Positions 60,632 to 64,000 of a stretch of DNA of 64,000 bases are shown in pieces. Origin of the DNA: Gammaproteobacteria bacterium (GTDB lineage Bacteria > Pseudomonadota > Gammaproteobacteria > Ga0077536); contig CAXXLL010000002.1 in assembly GCA_963662545.2 (NCBI GenBank), positions 576,001 through 640,000 of the forward strand. The letters are read 5' to 3'. The first letter of the stretch is position 1. Each line of letters begins with the position of its first letter. Position numbers and translations under genes: made by a program. Under the pieces are notes generated by a model that ran no database searches, was not told where the DNA came from, and worked only from the letters and a program-made list of their open reading frames with translations.

Positions 60632-62215
60632 ATGAATGGGGGTTATGCAACGCCGGAAATATCACTTGATGCGGCGGTGTTACAAGCGGAAAACACAGCC
60701 CTCAAAACGCAGGTCGCCACACTCACCCAACAACTCGACTGGTTCAAACGCCAACTGTTCGGTCGCAAGTCTGAACGGCGGCTGATTGATCCCAATCCCG
60801 ATCAACGGTTACTCAATGGCTTCGAGGATGAGTCGTCATCGACGGCGGCGGTTGAGAAAGAAACGATCACTTATCAGCGGCGCAAAGGAAAGCGCCGTGG
60901 CGATGATTGTGTGACTGATCAAGGGTTACGTTTCGATGACTCGGTGCCGATTGAATGCATCCAATTGTCGGTACCTGAAGATGTCGCGGATGCGTTTGAA
61001 GCGAGCAGTGAAAAGATCACCTATCGTTTAGCGCAACGGCCGGCGGCCTATGTGGTCTTGAAGTACATCCAACCGGTAGTGAAGCGCAAAAGCGACGGTC
61101 AGATCTTCACGATCCCGGCGCCCGATGGTCTGTGGTCCGGCTCATTGGCGGATGTGAGTGTGGTTGCGGGGATGCTGGTTGATAAGTTCGCTTATCACCT
61201 GCCGCTGTACCGTCAACATCAACGAATGGGGCTGAACGGCATTACCGTGGCGCGGTCGAGTCTGACGCACTGGGTGCAGAAGGCAAGTGACCTGTTGAAG
61301 CCGATTTATCTGGCGCAGTTGCGGCATATCTTGTTATCGAAGACGCTGGCGATGGATGAAACGCCGATTAAGGCGGGTCGCTCGGGCAAGGGCAAGATGA
61401 ACGCGGCGTGGTATTGGCCAATTTATGGCGAAGCGGATGAGATTGCGTTCACGTTTGCGCGAACCAAGGCGCGGTCGCACATCGACAAAACGTTGGTGGA
61501 CTTTAAAGGCACCTTACTAACCGATGGCGCCGCGGCTTATGCGCGTTTTGCCGCCGATCGCGGCGATGAAGTCGTGCATGCGCAATGCTGGGCGCACACG
61601 CGTCGTCAGTTCGAAAGGGCATTATCCGATAGGCCACAAAGTGCGGCGCAGGCACTTGATTTGATCGCGGCACTGTATGCCGTTGAGGCCACCATCCGTG
61701 ACCAGGCAATGGATGAAGCGGCGACCCAGACCTACCGCAGCCGGTACGCCTTGCCTGCGGTTGATGCATTTTTTGCCTGGCTTGACGAGCAACGCCAGTG
61801 CATGGGTTTATTACCGAGTCAGCCGTTTACGAAGGCGCTGGCCTATGCAGCCGAGCGTGAGGGCGCGTTACGTGTTTACTTATCGGATGCGAGCGTCGCG
61901 ATCGACACGAATCATTTAGAGCGCGCTCTGAGACCCATTCCGATGGGCCGAAAGAATTGGATGTTCTGTTGGACTGAGGTGGGCGCTGAACACGTTGGGA
62001 TCATACAAAGTTTGATCTGTACTTGCCGAATACACGGCATTAATCCGTACACCTACCTGGTTGATGTACTCCAGAGGATCGCGATCCATCCGGATAGCGC
62101 AGTGGAACAACTCACGCCTCGGGTGTGGAAGACATTGTTCGCTACCCAACCGCTGCGTTCTAACTTGGCCGTCGTTACCGCAACACGAGATCAATTACCA
62201 GACGCCGCCGTTTGA
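60632..62215 (+). CDS. tnpC: IS66 transposase TnpC
   Basis: LFGRKSE, HLPLYRQ, DETP, CWAHTRR, IDTNHLERALR..GRKNWMF. Confidence 0.95.
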   Translation: MNGGYATPEISLDAAVLQAENTALKTQVATLTQQLDWFKRQLFGRKSERRLIDPNPDQRLLNGFEDESSSTAAVEKETITYQRRKGKRRGDDCVTDQGLRFDDSVPIECIQLSVPEDVADAFEASSEKITYRLAQRPAAYVVLKYIQPVVKRKSDGQIFTIPAPDGLWSGSLADVSVVAGMLVDKFAYHLPLYRQHQRMGLNGITVARSSLTHWVQKASDLLKPIYLAQLRHILLSKTLAMDETPIKAGRSGKGKMNAAWYWPIYGEADEIAFTFARTKARSHIDKTLVDFKGTLLTDGAAAYARFAADRGDEVVHAQCWAHTRRQFERALSDRPQSAAQALDLIAALYAVEATIRDQAMDEAATQTYRSRYALPAVDAFFAWLDEQRQCMGLLPSQPFTKALAYAAEREGALRVYLSDASVAIDTNHLERALRPIPMGRKNWMFCWTEVGAEHVGIIQSLICTCRIHGINPYTYLVDVLQRIAIHPDSAVEQLTPRVWKTLFATQPLRSNLAVVTATRDQLPDAAV

Positions 62216-62608
62216 CCGGTTACCGCGGTGTGCCCTATCATCCGATGACGCAGGGCAAGATTGAGCGATGGCATCAGACGTTGAAGAATCGGATCTTGTT
62301 AGAGCACTACTATCTGCCCGGGGACCTCAGCGCACACATCGAGGCGTTCGTCGACCATTACAACCACCGGCGCTATCACGAAAGCCTGAAGAACCTGACG
62401 CCGGCGGATGTCTATTTCGACCATGCAGAATCCATCCTCAGACAACGGAAGACCATCAAACGGAGGACCATTGAACAACGACGATTGCAGCACGCCAGGG
62501 CGGCTGCTTAAACTAACATTAACGACGAGACCGAAGAGTCAGATGCTCCGTTAGCTACGAACGCAAGCTGTCTCAAGTATTCTGATGACGGACAGGTAAA
62601 CCAAGACC

Positions 62609-62641
62609 TTTTCTGTTCAGAATTGGAATTCGCTACCCACA
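62609..62641 (-). mobile_element. isolated left-end fragment of the GTGGCGAATT rve IS
   Basis: TTTCTGTTCAGAATTGGAATTCGCTACCCACA nearly identical to 10940-10971. Confidence 0.7.
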
Positions 62642-62837
62642 GGCACCAAATTGCTCCTTGCATTGGTTGAGTCATTCAAGTCACTCAAACGATAGGAAGA
62701 CACACTCGGTCATCCTAACCGTCGAATGTACCGGTTGACCGATAGTATTGAGGAGAGTTACACCGAAAGTTATGGAATTGAAGCATTAAGCGACTTATTT
62801 TTAGAGTGGATTTGTTTAACTCATCTCGGAGACTGCA

Positions 62838-64000
62838 ATGACCGTTATCACGCCTCTTCAGAGCACCGACGAAATCCTGGACCGAGCCCGAGAGCTTGCT
62901 AGTCAATATGTGCTTGAGGCGGCCGAGCGAGATCGCGAGCGCCGCTTTCCGACTGAGGAAATGCAACAGTTCCGCACGAGCGGCCTACAGGCTCTGTTCG
63001 TTCCAAAAGATGAAGGCGGTTCGGGCGCGCGCTACAGCGACGCCGTTCGGGCGGTTCGGATCATGGCCGAGGGTGATCCGAATATTGCGCAGATGGCTTT
63101 TATTCACATTCACGGCGTTGAGCTATACAACCTCTCTATGCCCGCCGAACTAGTGTCTGTGCACAATAAGCGGGTCGTTGCAGGCGCGTTATTTTGGACG
63201 AACGCGTATTCGGAATTAGGCGGTAAGTCGACCTTTGATTATCGCGTTAAGATTGAGCGTGACGGCGAAGATTGGGTAATCAATGGTACTAAGTTCTATT
63301 CCACCGGAAGTCTCGCGGGCGATGAAGCCTATATCAACGGGGTTAACCCCGAGACCGGGGAGATTCTTCTTGCCTACGTGCCGATGGACGCTGAGGGCGT
63401 CACGATCCACGATGATTGGGCCGGGATGGGTCAGCGCACGACGGCAAGCGGAACCACGGACTTTAAGAACGTTCGTATCACGCCGGATCGCGTATCGCCC
63501 ACCGCCCTGGTAGAAACACTGAGCGGACCGGATAGCCTGATTCTCGGCGTGCTGCCACAAGCTTTTTTCGGTGCCTTCCTCCTTGGGATTGCCCGTAATG
63601 CGCTACTCGATGCTGCAAGTTACATAGCCAAACGCGCGCGACCATGGATCCATAGCGGGGTCGACCGTGCGGCCGATGATATCCTCGTACAACGACAAAT
63701 GGGTGAAATTGCAGCGCGAGTGGATGCAGCCGCGGCCTTGCAAGACGTTGCCTATGGCCTAATGGATGAAGCGCATGAGCATTTGACACCGGAAACACGG
63801 GGTCGCGCGGCTATCGCGATGCACAAATCGAAAATTATGGTGGTCGAGGCGGCGCTAAAGGCGGGTGAAGGATTGTTCCAAATGTGTGGTTCGGCATCGA
63901 CCTTGGACAAATTGAACCTTGGGCGTCATTGGCGAAATGCTCGAACGCTTTCGCTGCACGATGCAATGCATTACAAAGAGCAGCTTGTCGGTGACTACGT
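62838..64000 (+). CDS. DszC/SfnB-like flavin-dependent monooxygenase (acyl-CoA dehydrogenase fold); runs off the window end and is absent from the ORF track
   Basis: Open frame from ATG 62838: ERDRERRFP, NGTKFYSTGS, DDWAGMGQRTTASG, ARPW, RHWRNARTLSLHD. Confidence 0.9.
   Translation, partial: MTVITPLQSTDEILDRARELASQYVLEAAERDRERRFPTEEMQQFRTSGLQALFVPKDEGGSGARYSDAVRAVRIMAEGDPNIAQMAFIHIHGVELYNLSMPAELVSVHNKRVVAGALFWTNAYSELGGKSTFDYRVKIERDGEDWVINGTKFYSTGSLAGDEAYINGVNPETGEILLAYVPMDAEGVTIHDDWAGMGQRTTASGTTDFKNVRITPDRVSPTALVETLSGPDSLILGVLPQAFFGAFLLGIARNALLDAASYIAKRARPWIHSGVDRAADDILVQRQMGEIAARVDAAAALQDVAYGLMDEAHEHLTPETRGRAAIAMHKSKIMVVEAALKAGEGLFQMCGSASTLDKLNLGRHWRNARTLSLHDAMHYKEQLVGDY

Larger units (their letters stand above)
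59869..62223 (+). mobile_element. IS66-family insertion sequence, apparently intact
   Basis: IRs GTAACCGGTCAA / TTGACCGGTTAC; 8-bp TSD CGCGGTGT (59861-59868 and 62224-62231). Confidence 0.96.
59168..62511 (+). pseudogene. IS3 OrfB DDE transposase split by IS66
   Basis: WQTDFTY, LSDNG | RGVPYHPMTQGKIERWH; halves join across the duplicated CGCGGTGT. Confidence 0.9.
58712..62594 (+). mobile_element. IS3-family element (degenerate), interrupted by IS66
   Basis: 26-bp IRs TGTCCCCCGTCAGCAATCATGAGACA / TGTCTCAAGTATTCTGATGACGGACA; OrfA from 58798 (TAG at 58972), A8 tract near 59131, OrfB from 59168. Confidence 0.9.

Overview
A 64-kb mosaic accessory region from a fairly GC-rich bacterium, probably a proteobacterium, with no rRNA and no intact tRNA. 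It is saturated with mobile DNA: IS21, IS6, IS5 fragments, a multi-copy rve-integrase IS with GTGGCGAATT ends, IS256, IS3, IS66, three tyrosine-recombinase + IS91/Y2-transposase elements and several MITEs. Defence debris includes a two-spacer type I-E CRISPR remnant and a type I R-M remnant that still carries an intact unknown gene. Metabolic cargo: a di-myo-inositol-phosphate-type operon (ino1, IMPase, IPCT/DIPPS); an aromatic-oxidation cluster (heme-oxygenase-fold protein, flavin monooxygenase, two Rieske oxygenase alpha/beta pairs, broken hydrolase); a homocysteine S-methyltransferase fused to a class I SAM methyltransferase; a luciferase-like monooxygenase with a hydrolase; a MoxR-DUF58-transglutaminase operon; and a DszC/SfnB-like monooxygenase running off the right end. 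The most striking unexplained structure is a family of six co-oriented, gap-free 74-bp repeats (plus one divergent partial copy) that form the core of a tripartite palindromic site of about 140 bp. The Int+Y2 elements insert exactly 49 nt downstream of the repeat, a 160-bp MITE inserts at its first GGTC, and unrelated genes or small gene blocks lie between successive sites. This resembles an integron-like cassette array built on a non-attC site. All calls come from motif recognition by eye; no database searches were run.
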